Assembly: GCA_945897915.1 (NCBI GenBank)
Contig: CAMDGB010000009.1
Location: 41 to 64,040, forward strand
From: Chryseobacterium gleum
GTDB lineage: Bacteria; Bacteroidota; Bacteroidia; Flavobacteriales; Flavobacteriaceae
Length of the DNA stretch: 64,000 nucleotides
Direction of reading: 5' to 3'
Positions 18,009 to 28,507 of this stretch are shown in pieces. A program made the position numbers and the translations under genes. Position 1 is the first letter of the stretch, and each line of letters opens with the position of its first letter. The notes under the pieces are model-generated. The model had not been told where the DNA came from, did not search any database, and saw only the letters and a list, made by a program, of their open reading frames with translations.

Positions 18009-20117
18009 ATGAAAAACAAAACCCTACTTGCTAGTTTAGCAATTGCGTCGGTTACTTTTTTTCAAAGTTGCTCTGTAACTATTGGAAAAGATGGGCAACC
18101 AGGAAAAATCGGATCATCTGCTGATGCCGTTGTTTCAAAATCAGAAAAATTCGGAATTCGTACTGAGTTTATGGACACTTCTGTTGCGCCAAATGAAGAT
18201 TTTTTTAGATATGTAAACGGAACGTGGTTAGACAAAACTGAAATTCCCGCAGATAGAACACGTTGGGGAAGTTTTGACGAATTAAGAAAAAACACCGATG
18301 ATGATGTAATGGCTATTTTAAACGAAGCCGTGGCCAATAAAAACTTAGATCTAAAATCAGACCAAGCCAAAGCGGTCAATTTATACAAATCGATTTTAGA
18401 TACAATTTCTAGAAATAAATTAGGTATTACGCCTATTCAACCTTATCTAGAAAAGATAAATGCGGTAAAAAACAGCGCTGATTTAATGAATCTTTTAGTT
18501 GAAACAAAAGCTGATGCTGGCCTAGGTTTTTTTGGTTCTTTTGTTGGTGCAGATGCTAAAAATAGCAACAAAAACGTAGTATATGTAGGAACAGGAAGCT
18601 TGGGTTTACCTGATAAAGATTATTACATGTCTGACAAACCAGATACAAAAGAAAAAAGAGAAAAATATGTGTTACACATTGCAAAAATGTTTGGCTATTT
18701 AGGCATGGATGCAAAAACTGCTTCTGAAAAAGCGGCGCGTGTATTGGCTTTCGAAATCTCTTTATCTGAACCAACTTTAGACCGAGTAGAAAGACGTGAC
18801 CGAAGAAAAACTTACAACCCAATGTCGGTTGCCGATTTACAAAAAATAGCACCATCTAACAATTGGGCTTCTTATTTTGAAAAAGCTGGATTTAGTAAAT
18901 TGGATTCCGTAGTGGTGTCGCAACCGAAATACCTTACTAAATTAGACGCAATTATTAAAGAAAATAAAGTAGACGATTGGAAAGCATATATGACTTGGAC
19001 GCTTTTACGTTCTAATGCTGACGAATTAACAACTGAAATTGAAAAAACAGATTGGGATTTTTACAGCAAAACTTTATCTGGAGCCGTAAAACAAAGACCT
19101 GCGACTGAAAGAGCATTGGCTACCGTAAATGGCGTTTTGGGTGAAGCTCTAGGAAAATTATATATTGAGAAAAAGTTTCCGGCAGCGGCAAAATTAAAGG
19201 CAGAAGCTATGATAGCCAACGTTTTTAAAGCGTACGAAAACCGAATAAACAATTTGCCTTGGATGACACCAGCAACAAGAGCAAATGCTATTGTAAAACT
19301 TAAAAAGTTTAGAGTAAAAATTGGGTATCCTGACACTTGGAAAGATTACAGCGGGTTACAAATAAAAAGTCCAGAACAAGGTGGCACATTACAAGAAAAC
19401 TCATTAGCAATCAGCCGTTGGAGCAACAAAGAAAATGTTTCAAAACTTGGAAAACCAGTTAATAAAGAAGAATGGGGCATGTCGCCACAAACGGTAAATG
19501 CTTATTATAGCCCAACCAATAACGAAATTGTGTTCCCAGCCGCTATCTTACAACCGCCTTTTTACGATTACAGAGCAGATGAAGCGGTAAATTATGGTGG
19601 AATTGGTGGTGTAATTGGTCATGAAATTTCACACGGATTTGACGATTCAGGCTCAAGATACAATGCAGAAGGAAATCTAATTAACTGGTGGAGCGATGAA
19701 GATTTAAAACAATTCACCACATTAGGAACGGCATTAGCAGATCAATATTCGGCTTTACAACCGTTACCAGGAATTTATGTGGATGGAAAATTCACTTTAG
19801 GTGAAAATATTGGCGATTTAGGTGGTGTAAACGCCGCTTATGACGGATTACAAATTTACCTTAAAGAAAAAGGAAACCCAGGATTAATTGATGGTTTTAC
19901 ACCAGAACAACGTTTTTTCCTTTCTTGGTCTACCATTTGGAGAAGTAAAATGCGCGATGAAGCTATTAAAAATCAAGTAAAAACCGACACGCACTCGCCT
20001 GGACAATACCGAGCATACGTGCCGCTGCAAAACATTGAATCTTTTTATCAAGCGTTTAATATTAAGACAGGAGATAAAATGTATATCGCTCCAGATAAAA
20101 GAGTGAAAATTTGGTAA
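18009..20117 (+). CDS. M13 (neprilysin/PepO-like) metallopeptidase, lipoprotein
   Basis: Lipobox FQSC, VNAYY, HEISH, GENIGD, THSP motifs. Confidence 0.95.
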   Translation: MKNKTLLASLAIASVTFFQSCSVTIGKDGQPGKIGSSADAVVSKSEKFGIRTEFMDTSVAPNEDFFRYVNGTWLDKTEIPADRTRWGSFDELRKNTDDDVMAILNEAVANKNLDLKSDQAKAVNLYKSILDTISRNKLGITPIQPYLEKINAVKNSADLMNLLVETKADAGLGFFGSFVGADAKNSNKNVVYVGTGSLGLPDKDYYMSDKPDTKEKREKYVLHIAKMFGYLGMDAKTASEKAARVLAFEISLSEPTLDRVERRDRRKTYNPMSVADLQKIAPSNNWASYFEKAGFSKLDSVVVSQPKYLTKLDAIIKENKVDDWKAYMTWTLLRSNADELTTEIEKTDWDFYSKTLSGAVKQRPATERALATVNGVLGEALGKLYIEKKFPAAAKLKAEAMIANVFKAYENRINNLPWMTPATRANAIVKLKKFRVKIGYPDTWKDYSGLQIKSPEQGGTLQENSLAISRWSNKENVSKLGKPVNKEEWGMSPQTVNAYYSPTNNEIVFPAAILQPPFYDYRADEAVNYGGIGGVIGHEISHGFDDSGSRYNAEGNLINWWSDEDLKQFTTLGTALADQYSALQPLPGIYVDGKFTLGENIGDLGGVNAAYDGLQIYLKEKGNPGLIDGFTPEQRFFLSWSTIWRSKMRDEAIKNQVKTDTHSPGQYRAYVPLQNIESFYQAFNIKTGDKMYIAPDKRVKIW

Positions 20118-20126
20118 CGAGAAACC

Positions 20127-20150
20127 TGTCAATCTTAACTTGTTTCTGAT
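20127..20150 (+). repeat. REP-like palindrome copy
   Basis: TGTCAATCTTAACTTGTTTCTGAT; 2 mismatches to the 41098-41122 copy. Confidence 0.65.
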
Positions 20151-20164
20151 ATTAAAAAGTATTG

Positions 20165-20204
20165 AAAACCTGTGATGCTGAACTAAATTCAGAATCACAG
20201 GTTT
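20165..20204 (+). terminator. Intrinsic terminator built around a REP-like core
   Basis: AAAACCTGTGATGCTGAA-CTAAA-TTCAGAATCACAGGTTTT after the M13 gene. Confidence 0.8.
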
Positions 20205-20231
20205 TCTCTTTTTATACCGTTTCATTTTTTA

Positions 20232-20239
20232 TACATTTG
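20232..20239 (+). promoter_or_regulatory. -7 box (TACATTTG) 4 nt before rnpA ATG
   Basis: TAnnTTTG match. Confidence 0.6.
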
Positions 20240-20243
20240 CGTC

Positions 20244-20618
20244 ATGTCATTTTCTTATCCAAATAACGAAAAACTAAAAAGCCATAAAACAATTGACCTT
20301 TTGTTTTCTGAAGGAAAATCTATATCTAAATATCCGTTACGATTGGTTTATGTTGAGAATACAGATGTAAACAATTCAGAAAAAGTGTTGATGGGCGTTT
20401 CTGTTTCTAAAAAATATTTTAAACGAGCCGTTGACCGAAATTACTTCAAACGCGTTTTAAGAGAATGTTATCGTTTAAATCAAAACATATTGAAAGAAAA
20501 CATCAACAAGCCCTACGCTTTTATGTTTTTTTACCAAACAAAAGAAAAATTATCCTATCAAGAAATTGAAGAAAAAACCATACAATTATTTCAAAAATTT
20601 AACGAAGCGGTAAAGTAA
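20244..20618 (+). CDS. rnpA: Ribonuclease P protein component
   Basis: EKLKS...LF, GVSVSKKYFKRAVDRNYFKRVLRE (RNR motif region). Confidence 0.95.
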   Translation: MSFSYPNNEKLKSHKTIDLLFSEGKSISKYPLRLVYVENTDVNNSEKVLMGVSVSKKYFKRAVDRNYFKRVLRECYRLNQNILKENINKPYAFMFFYQTKEKLSYQEIEEKTIQLFQKFNEAVK

Positions 20619-20682
20619 ATTCTGAATATTTAATCGGTTTCAACTATTTTAATTAAATTAGTAAAATATTATAACACGTCTC

Positions 20683-22317
20683 ATGAGTTTTTTTAACAAA
20701 AGAAAAGTAATAATTCCCACACTTGTCGCTGGATTTTTATTTGTTGCCGTAAGTTTTCAAAACGATTTTTTTGCCTTAGCCAAACAAATTGATATTTTTA
20801 CAAATCTATATAAAATTGTCAACCAAAATTATGTAGACGAAACCAATCCCGGAAACCTAATGGATGTGGCTATAAAAAGCATGCTAAATGAATTGGATCC
20901 ATATACTGTATATTTTGACGAGCAAGATGTACTAAAATTTAAAATAAATAATACGGGTGAATATACCGGAATTGGCGCCATTATTACCCGAAAAGATGAT
21001 AAAATAATTTTAAAAGAAGTATACGAAAATATGCCCGCCGACAAAGGAGGTTTTAAAGCTGGAGATGTCATTACCCAAATCGGAGATGTGTTGCTAAAAG
21101 ATTTTAAAGACGACGCTTCTCAGCTACTAAAAGGTGCAAAAAACACTAAAATTGACATCGTATATTTCCGTCAAGGAGTTGAAAAAAAAGGACAAATTAT
21201 TTTGGATGAAGTAGAAATAAAAGCGGTTCCTTATTTCAAATTATTAAGCGATAAAACAGGTTATATTGTACTTCAAAAATTTAACGAAAAAGCTTCGTCT
21301 GAAACCAAGGCGGCGCTACTAACTTTAAAAGAACAAGGCGCTACAAAAATTATTTTGGACCTAAGAGACAACCCAGGCGGGTTGTTACACGAAGCGGTTA
21401 ATATTTGTAATTTATTTGTGCCAAAAGAAGAAGTCATTACCACAACAAAATCGCAAAACAAAATACATAACCATATTTATAAAACGAAGAACGAACCCGT
21501 TGATACTGAAATTCCACTAGCAATTATTGTAAACGACAGAAGTGCTTCGGCTTCTGAAATTGTGTCTGGCGCATTACAAGATTTGGACAGAGCAGTAATT
21601 GTGGGAAATAGAAGTTTTGGAAAAGGATTGGTGCAACGCCCATTTAATTTAACGTACGGAACACAAGTAAAAGTTACTATTTCAAAATATTACACGCCTT
21701 CTGGGCGTTGCATTCAAGCTACTGATTACAGTAAAAAAGATGCCAACGGAAAAGCAATTAAAACCTCTGAAAAAGAATATAACGCTTTTAAAACCAAAGG
21801 CGGAAGAACGGTATACGATGGCGGCGGAGTTTTACCAGATGTAGAAATTGCTGACATGAAAAAAAGCGCCACCAGCTTAAGTATTGCTAATTCAGATGCT
21901 GTTTTTGAATTTGCAAACTTATTGTATTACAGAAATCCAAACGCAAAAAACGTAACCAACATTTCAGAAGCAGCATACAACGAATTTAAAGCGTTTTTAA
22001 AGAAAGAAAAGGTTGAAATTAACGGTTATAGCGACAAGTCATTAAAAAACCTGTTAGAAGCCGCTAAAAAAGATAAAATTGATGCCGACATACAAGTAGA
22101 AATCAAACAATTGGAAGCCGCAATTGAAAAAACAAAAGACAAAGAATTAGATAAAAACAAAGAAGAAATTAAACGCCTTCTTTTACAAGAATTATTATTA
22201 AGATATGGCTATCGTAACGCTTTTTACGATTATGTTTCTAGTAATTATTCGGATGTACTAAAAGCGCAAAAAATATTAAATAATCCAGCAGAATACAAAC
22301 AAATATTAAAAAAATAA
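20683..22317 (+). CDS. S41 C-terminal processing peptidase
   Basis: LDPYT, PDZ GIGA, LDLRDNPGG, SASASEI, GKG motifs. Confidence 0.95.
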   Translation: MSFFNKRKVIIPTLVAGFLFVAVSFQNDFFALAKQIDIFTNLYKIVNQNYVDETNPGNLMDVAIKSMLNELDPYTVYFDEQDVLKFKINNTGEYTGIGAIITRKDDKIILKEVYENMPADKGGFKAGDVITQIGDVLLKDFKDDASQLLKGAKNTKIDIVYFRQGVEKKGQIILDEVEIKAVPYFKLLSDKTGYIVLQKFNEKASSETKAALLTLKEQGATKIILDLRDNPGGLLHEAVNICNLFVPKEEVITTTKSQNKIHNHIYKTKNEPVDTEIPLAIIVNDRSASASEIVSGALQDLDRAVIVGNRSFGKGLVQRPFNLTYGTQVKVTISKYYTPSGRCIQATDYSKKDANGKAIKTSEKEYNAFKTKGGRTVYDGGGVLPDVEIADMKKSATSLSIANSDAVFEFANLLYYRNPNAKNVTNISEAAYNEFKAFLKKEKVEINGYSDKSLKNLLEAAKKDKIDADIQVEIKQLEAAIEKTKDKELDKNKEEIKRLLLQELLLRYGYRNAFYDYVSSNYSDVLKAQKILNNPAEYKQILKK

Positions 22318-23139
22318 ATGAAGAAAATAGCGCTGTTCCTGTTTTTAACAACTTCTTTTCTTGGGTTTTCTCAAGAAGAAACCGTGCATTCCATCTATTT
22401 TGATACCGATGTGCGTGAACTAAAGCCTTTACAAGCAGAAGCGGTGGTGTATTTTTTAAGTTTGATTGATACGACCCGACTTCAAAGTGTTTCTATTTAT
22501 GGATATTGCGATGATGTGGGGAAAATAAATTACAATTACAAATTATCACAAGACCGCGCCAATAGCGTCAAAAACATGTTGGTGAAAAAAGGAGTGAAAT
22601 ATAAAATTATTGTAAAAATTGAAGGAAAAGGAAAAGTACTTATTGATGAAGATTTAGAAGAAGACATTCCCGAAGCCAGGGCTAAAAATCGCCGCGTAGA
22701 CGTGGTTTTAAATTTTAAACCTTTAGTGGTTGAGGAATTAAATATTCCCGGATTGTACAAAACCATTAGAAAAAATGCATTAGTAGGCGATAGGGTTTAT
22801 CTAGATAAATTACTTTTTGATAGTGGCAGCAGCAGACTTAAACAAAGCGCTATTAAACAACTCGAAACGATTGTTGTTTTACTAAAAAGATATCCCAACA
22901 TTCAAATTGAAATTCAAGGTCATGTATGCTGTACGCCTTCATTTCATAAAGATGCTGTTGACATAGAGACGCGGAAAAGAGAACTATCAAAAAACAGAGC
23001 AGAAAGGGTATATAAATTTCTTCACAGCCGGGGTATTGGTAAAGTCCGTATGGCTTTTAAAGGATACGGAAACACACAACCTATTGGCAAAGATGAGCAA
23101 TTTGACAGAAGAGTAGAATTGGTAATTACGAAGATTTAA
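22318..23139 (+). CDS. OmpA-family protein with two OmpA-like PG-binding domains
   Basis: Two repeats of the OmpA_C pattern (GYCD...LSQDRA...NRRVD and GHVCC...LSKNRA...DRRVE). Confidence 0.85.
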   Translation: MKKIALFLFLTTSFLGFSQEETVHSIYFDTDVRELKPLQAEAVVYFLSLIDTTRLQSVSIYGYCDDVGKINYNYKLSQDRANSVKNMLVKKGVKYKIIVKIEGKGKVLIDEDLEEDIPEARAKNRRVDVVLNFKPLVVEELNIPGLYKTIRKNALVGDRVYLDKLLFDSGSSRLKQSAIKQLETIVVLLKRYPNIQIEIQGHVCCTPSFHKDAVDIETRKRELSKNRAERVYKFLHSRGIGKVRMAFKGYGNTQPIGKDEQFDRRVELVITKI

Positions 23140-23150
23140 ACACGAAAAAA

Positions 23151-23594
23151 CTACTCGCTTTTCATTTCAATATGTGGAATATCATCTTCTAAATAACTTT
23201 CGCCAACTACAATAAAACCATGACTTTCATAAAATTTTTGCAAATAAAATTGGGCAGAAATAGTAATTTTTGTTTCCTGAAAAAGTGTGGTAATTGCATC
23301 TATGGAAACCCGCATTAATTTGTGACCCAGTTTTTTATCTCTGTGGGAAGCTTTCACAATAACTCGGCCAATTGAGGAATATTCAAAATAATCTTTCGGT
23401 TTAAAAAGCCGTGAATAAGCAACTAAAATACCATCAGAATACCCTAAAACATGAATGGCTTTTTGGTCTTTGCCGTCAATGTCTTGATAGGCGCAGTTTT
23501 GCTCCACTACAAACACTTCGGAGCGCAATTGCAACATTTCATATAGCTCGTTTGGAGAAAGTTCAGAAAATGGCTTTGTTTTAAATTGAATCAT
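23151..23594 (-). CDS. GNAT acetyltransferase, ElaA-like
   Basis: LRSEVFVVEQNCAYQDID, SIGRV, ISAQ...FYES...YLEDDIPH. Confidence 0.92.
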   Translation of the reverse strand: MIQFKTKPFSELSPNELYEMLQLRSEVFVVEQNCAYQDIDGKDQKAIHVLGYSDGILVAYSRLFKPKDYFEYSSIGRVIVKASHRDKKLGHKLMRVSIDAITTLFQETKITISAQFYLQKFYESHGFIVVGESYLEDDIPHIEMKSE

Positions 23595-23711
23595 TTTGTT
23601 TTTAATAGATTTACAAAACTAAAACTTTTTTACTTGTTGAAACAAAAAACCTTTGTAAATCATTTAAATAATTAAACTTTTACAAAGGCATTGTTGTGAT
23701 AAAAAATACGT

Positions 23712-25439
23712 TTATCCTTGAATTTTTAATTTCATTCCAGGCTGAATATTGTCTGTTTTTAAATCATTTTTCTTTTTTAAATCGTCGGCAGTTAAGTTTG
23801 GAAACTTTTTAGTGATTGAAAAAATGGAATCTCCTTTTTGTACGATATAGTAATCTTCTTTGATTTCAATTTTACTTTTAGCTGAAGAATATTTGTTTTC
23901 AGTTGGTTTTTCAATGTTTTCAGCTACTGCATTTTCAACTGCTGGTTCAATTATTTCGTTTTTTGGTTTCAGTTTTTTGACGACTTCGTTGACCGTGATT
24001 TTTTTAGTAGTTTGAATCACTAAACTTTGTCCGGCATTAATATTGCTTCCTTTTATGTTGTTCCATTTTCTTAAGTTAATGATACTAACTTTATTTTTAT
24101 CAGCAATTTCACTAAGCGTTTCTCCTTTTTTCACTTTGTGATAATCTTTACTTACCACTTCTTTCGTGCGTTTTTTTATAACTTCTTCGTATTCCGAAGT
24201 ATCACTGTTTTTATCTATAAGATTTGCTGTAATAGCTAAAGAATCTTGTTTGGCAATACTATCGCGTTTTTTGGCTTGTAATGCCAATTGGATTTTATTG
24301 ATTTTTTCTTGTTCTAAATACGCTAAATACCCATAAATTTTTTCTTCGTTAGAAACAAAAATCCCGATTTTATTTTTCGGTAATCGTAAATAAAAATATT
24401 CATTGTTAATAGAAGGAATGTATTTTGCTTTATAAATTGGATTTAAATATTCCAATTGTGCCTCAGAAATATCTAATAAATCTGATATTTGTTTGAACGT
24501 CATGGCTTGTTTCACCATAACCGTGTCTGTTTCCGCATACTTCATTTCTGCTTTGTGTGCTACTAAACCATGCTCTTTTTTAAACTCATAAATGTACATA
24601 GTGGCTAAAAAAGCCGGCAAATAATTAGCGGTTTCTCTTGGTAAATATTTTCTAATTTCCCAATAATCTGTTTTCCCGCCTGAACGTCTGATGGCTTTGG
24701 AAACATTACCTGGTCCGCAATTGTAAGAAGCTAAAACCAAGCTCCAATCGCCAAAAATTTCGTACATATTCAGCATATAATGACAAGCTGCTTCAGTTGA
24801 TTTTATTGGATCGTGACGCTCGTCAACGTAAGTTGTAATGTTTAATTTGTATTGTCTGCCTGTTTCCGGCATAAATTGCCATAAACCACCGGCACCAACT
24901 TTAGATTTTGCTTTGGGCTGTAAAGCCGATTCTACAATGGCTAAATATTTGATTTCTAAAGGTAAATTGTATTTTGATAATTTTTCTTCAAACAAAGGAA
25001 AATAATATTCTGCAATAGCCATTTGTCTTTCAAAACTTTTAGACCTGTTTTTTAAGAACGATTTGATTACGTTTTCCAAAGCTGGATTGTATTCTATTAC
25101 AAATGGAGATTGTACGTCTAGTTTGTGTAATCTTTTCTTTAGTAATTCTGTGTCTAAATTGTAGGATACTTTCTCATCAATATTCATGTTTTCAATATCA
25201 AAAAACATTTCGTTTGATAACGAAGCGTCAGCTATTTGTTTCAACCATCTTTCATCGATACAATTGCTCGTGCTGTGGTTTGAAAAAGTGGCTTTAAGAG
25301 AATCTAAATAAGATATTTTTGGTGTAAAAAGTGTGGGTGTTACCTGCTGACTTTCTTGAGCAAACAAAGTGTTTGACAAAAAAAGACCAAGGGTTACGAG
25401 AACTATTTTTTTCATGCTTTTTATGTGTTTTTGCTCCAT
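23712..25439 (-). CDS. mltD: Lytic transglycosylase with LysM domains (MltD-like)
   Basis: LAIVESAL, AGGLWQFMP, ASYNCG SLT motifs; two LysM repeats. Start may be ATG 25415. Confidence 0.9.
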   Translation of the reverse strand: MEQKHIKSMKKIVLVTLGLFLSNTLFAQESQQVTPTLFTPKISYLDSLKATFSNHSTSNCIDERWLKQIADASLSNEMFFDIENMNIDEKVSYNLDTELLKKRLHKLDVQSPFVIEYNPALENVIKSFLKNRSKSFERQMAIAEYYFPLFEEKLSKYNLPLEIKYLAIVESALQPKAKSKVGAGGLWQFMPETGRQYKLNITTYVDERHDPIKSTEAACHYMLNMYEIFGDWSLVLASYNCGPGNVSKAIRRSGGKTDYWEIRKYLPRETANYLPAFLATMYIYEFKKEHGLVAHKAEMKYAETDTVMVKQAMTFKQISDLLDISEAQLEYLNPIYKAKYIPSINNEYFYLRLPKNKIGIFVSNEEKIYGYLAYLEQEKINKIQLALQAKKRDSIAKQDSLAITANLIDKNSDTSEYEEVIKKRTKEVVSKDYHKVKKGETLSEIADKNKVSIINLRKWNNIKGSNINAGQSLVIQTTKKITVNEVVKKLKPKNEIIEPAVENAVAENIEKPTENKYSSAKSKIEIKEDYYIVQKGDSIFSITKKFPNLTADDLKKKNDLKTDNIQPGMKLKIQG

Positions 25440-25598
25440 AAATTCCGGAGCATTTTGTCTAAATCATTAATATACAATTACTTGTATAAAGGCAAATATA
25501 TTTTATTTATTGCTAAGTACCCAACTTTTAACATTTAAATTTTACGTTTTAACGTTTATTTATGGTTTTTGTCGGTGATTTAGATGGGTTGCGATTTT

Positions 25599-26786
25599 CT
25601 ACTTCAAAATAGCGGCAATTCCCGGTAAGGTTTTTCCTTCTAACATTTCCAACATGGCACCACCGCCGGTTGAAACGTAGCTCATTTTGTCTTCTAAACC
25701 AAATTGTTTTACTGCTGCCACACTATCGCCGCCGCCCACTAAAGAGAAACAGCCGTTTTTAGTAGATTCGGCAATAAAGTCTCCTAAAGTAATGGTTCCG
25801 TTGGCAAAAGTTGGCAATTCAAATACACCAATTGGTCCGTTCCAAAGTATGGTTTTACTGTTTAAAACCACGTCTTTTAACATTTCTAAAGTTTTCGGAC
25901 CTGCGTCTAAACCTTGCCATCCAGACGGAATTTCAGCTACATTTACAATTTGCGTATTGGCTTCATTTGAAAAAGCATCAGCCGCTAAAACATCAATTGG
26001 TAAATGAATTTTTACACCTTTTGCCGTGGCTTGTTTCATGATGTCTAAAGCCAAATCCATTTTGTAGTCTTCACAAATGGAATTTCCAATATTGCCGCCC
26101 ATTGCTTTAATGAAAGTAAACGTCATTCCGCCACCAATAATCATGTGATCAACTTTGTCTAAAATATTTTCAATAATGGTAATTTTAGAGGATACTTTGC
26201 TTCCTCCAAGTATAGCCGTAACTGGCTTTTCAGAGTTTTTTAATACTTTATTGATGCTTTCAATTTCTTTAGCTAATAATGCTCCGAAACATTTATCATT
26301 TGGAAATTCGTTGGCAATAATTGTAGTTGAAGCGTGTGCCCTGTGTGCTGTTCCGAAAGCGTCGTTTACATACACGTCGCCCAAACTTGCTAATTCTTCA
26401 GAAAAACCTGTATCGCCAGCTTCTTCTTCGGCATAAAAACGTAAATTTTCCAATACTAATATTTCGCCGTTTTGAAGATTTGCAGCGGCTTCTTTGGAAA
26501 TTTTACCTCTACAATCTGCAGCAAATTTTACTTTTTTTCCTAAAACTTCTTCAATTTTATATATAATATGACTAAGTGAATATTTTTCTTCTTTGCCTTT
26601 TGGTCTTCCTAAATGCGACATTAAAATTACCGAACCGCCGTCGTTTAAAATTTTATCAATAGTTGGTTTTGCAGCTTCAATTCGGTTGGCGTCTGTTACT
26701 TTAAAATTTTCATCTAAAGGCACATTAAAATCTACACGGATTAAAGCTTTTTTGTTGTTAAAATTGATGTCGAAAATAGTTTTCAT
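25599..26786 (-). CDS. pgk: Phosphoglycerate kinase
   Basis: [38 protein letters not shown]. Confidence 0.98.
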   Translation of the reverse strand: MKTIFDINFNNKKALIRVDFNVPLDENFKVTDANRIEAAKPTIDKILNDGGSVILMSHLGRPKGKEEKYSLSHIIYKIEEVLGKKVKFAADCRGKISKEAAANLQNGEILVLENLRFYAEEEAGDTGFSEELASLGDVYVNDAFGTAHRAHASTTIIANEFPNDKCFGALLAKEIESINKVLKNSEKPVTAILGGSKVSSKITIIENILDKVDHMIIGGGMTFTFIKAMGGNIGNSICEDYKMDLALDIMKQATAKGVKIHLPIDVLAADAFSNEANTQIVNVAEIPSGWQGLDAGPKTLEMLKDVVLNSKTILWNGPIGVFELPTFANGTITLGDFIAESTKNGCFSLVGGGDSVAAVKQFGLEDKMSYVSTGGGAMLEMLEGKTLPGIAAILK

Positions 26787-26878
26787 AGGTTTTTGATTTG
26801 TTGTTTTTAGTTTAATGTTGTGTCTTTATGATATTTGCAAATATAAAATTTTGATTTTAAACCAAGATAAAAATCACT

Positions 26879-26886
26879 TATATTTG
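26879..26886 (+). promoter_or_regulatory. -7 box (TATATTTG) 4 nt before holB ATG
   Basis: TAnnTTTG match; divergent pgk box at 26838-26845 on minus strand. Confidence 0.6.
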
Positions 26887-26890
26887 CTAC

Positions 26891-28048
26891 ATGCTATTTA
26901 AAGACATCCTTGGTCAAGACCATATTAAAAACTTTTTAATTACTACTGCCAACACAGGAAGGGTGCCGCATGCACAATTGTTTATTGGTCCTGAGGGTTC
27001 GGGAACGTTGCCAATGGCCATAGCTTATGCGCAATATATTTTGTGTAATAATTCTGGTGGTGAGAACAACTCTGGAAATGCTGCATGTAATTTAAAATTT
27101 GACCATTATTCGCATCCAGATATGCATTTTGTGTATCCAATTACAACTACAGAAGATGTAAAAGGTGATAATGTAGTAAGTACAAATTTTTTAGAGCAAT
27201 GGCGCAGTTTTGTCAAAGAAAACCCGTATGGTAGTTTGTTTGACTGGTACAAAAAATTAGAAATTCCTAAAAAACAAGGCATTATTAGTGTTAAAGAATC
27301 GGCAGCAATTAATAAAAATTTATCATTAAAAGCATACGAAGGTGGTTATAAGGTGATGATTATTTGGATGGCCGATAAAATGAGAACAGACGCAGCAAAT
27401 AAATTACTGAAATTATTAGAAGAACCGCCAGAAAAAACGGTTTTTATTTTAATTTCTGAAAGTATTGACGATTTATTACAAACGATTATTTCTCGTTGTC
27501 AAGTAGTTGATTTTTTAACTTTACCAGAACAAATTATTACCGAAAAGTTAATTTACAGTCATCAAGTTGAGGCAAATTTGGCAAAAAAAATAGCACATCA
27601 ATGTGAAGGTAATTACAACAAAGCGTTACATTTATTACGCCAAGATGGTGATGATTCTGTATTTGAAGAATGGTTTATAAACTGGGTTCGCGCAGCATTT
27701 AAAGCTAAAGGGAACGCAAGCGTAATTGCCGATTTAATTTCTTGGAGTAGTACTATTTCAAAAGAAGGAAGAGAAACTCAAAAAAACTTTTTACAATTTT
27801 GTATTCAATTTTTTAGGCAAGCGTTGTTGTTAAATTATCAAGCTACTGATTTGGTGTATTTAGCGCCTAATTTTGAGAATTTTAAACTGGAAAAATTTGC
27901 TCCTTTTGTTCACGGAAATAATATTATGCCAATTTTTAAAGAACTAGAAGACGCTATTTATCATATTGAAAGAAACGGAAATAGTAATATTATTTTAACC
28001 GATTTATCGATAAAATTAACAAGATTGTTGCATCAAAAAGAAGACTAA
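26891..28048 (+). CDS. holB: DNA polymerase III delta-prime subunit
   Basis: HAQLFIGPEGSG, HPDMHF, NKLLKLLEEPP, TIISRCQ. Confidence 0.92.
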   Translation: MLFKDILGQDHIKNFLITTANTGRVPHAQLFIGPEGSGTLPMAIAYAQYILCNNSGGENNSGNAACNLKFDHYSHPDMHFVYPITTTEDVKGDNVVSTNFLEQWRSFVKENPYGSLFDWYKKLEIPKKQGIISVKESAAINKNLSLKAYEGGYKVMIIWMADKMRTDAANKLLKLLEEPPEKTVFILISESIDDLLQTIISRCQVVDFLTLPEQIITEKLIYSHQVEANLAKKIAHQCEGNYNKALHLLRQDGDDSVFEEWFINWVRAAFKAKGNASVIADLISWSSTISKEGRETQKNFLQFCIQFFRQALLLNYQATDLVYLAPNFENFKLEKFAPFVHGNNIMPIFKELEDAIYHIERNGNSNIILTDLSIKLTRLLHQKED

Positions 28049-28071
28049 AAACAAACCAAAAAACAAAAACT

Positions 28072-28449
28072 ATGAATGAATTTGCACTACTATTACTAGC
28101 TTTTTTAGCGATTACTTTTTTACAATCAGGATACGATAAAATTGCCGATTGGAACGGAAATGTAAGTTGGTTGAAAGGTCATTTTTCTCAAACTTTTTTA
28201 AAAAACCAAGTACCTGCAGCTTTGTTAACTGTTTTGGCTTTAGAAATTGTAGCCGGCGTTTTGTCGATTATGGGATTTGCTGAGAATATTATGAGCGGCA
28301 GAACCATTATGGGCGATTATGCTTGTATGGTTTCCTGTATAACGCTTTTGTTATTGCTTTTTGGACAAAGAATTGCGAAAGATTATGATGGCGCCAGAAC
28401 AATTGTTATTTATTTAATTCCTGCATTGTTGGGCGTGTATTGGCTATAA
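28072..28449 (+). CDS. DoxX-family membrane protein
   Basis: FLQSGYDK, hydrophobic helices, LLFGQRIAKDY. Confidence 0.75.
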   Translation: MNEFALLLLAFLAITFLQSGYDKIADWNGNVSWLKGHFSQTFLKNQVPAALLTVLALEIVAGVLSIMGFAENIMSGRTIMGDYACMVSCITLLLLLFGQRIAKDYDGARTIVIYLIPALLGVYWL

Positions 28450-28455
28450 ATAAAA

Positions 28456-28476
28456 CTACGATTTGGGATTTACGAA
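28456..28476. repeat. Short degenerate heptamer array CTACGAT TTGGGAT TTACGAA
   Basis: Same unit family as 7277 and 32659. Confidence 0.5.
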
Positions 28477-28479
28477 TTA

Positions 28480-28505
28480 AAAAACTCAGACTTTTCTGAG
28501 TTTTT
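28480..28505. terminator. Bidirectional terminator
   Basis: AAAAACTCAGA-CTTT-TCTGAGTTTTT between convergent genes. Confidence 0.85.
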
Positions 28506-28507
28506 TA

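Noticed and set aside
26791-26832. Weak period-7 pattern in the pgk leader (TTTTGAT TTGTTGT TTTTAGT TTAATGT...)
   Set aside because: Too degenerate to separate from T-rich background by eye.
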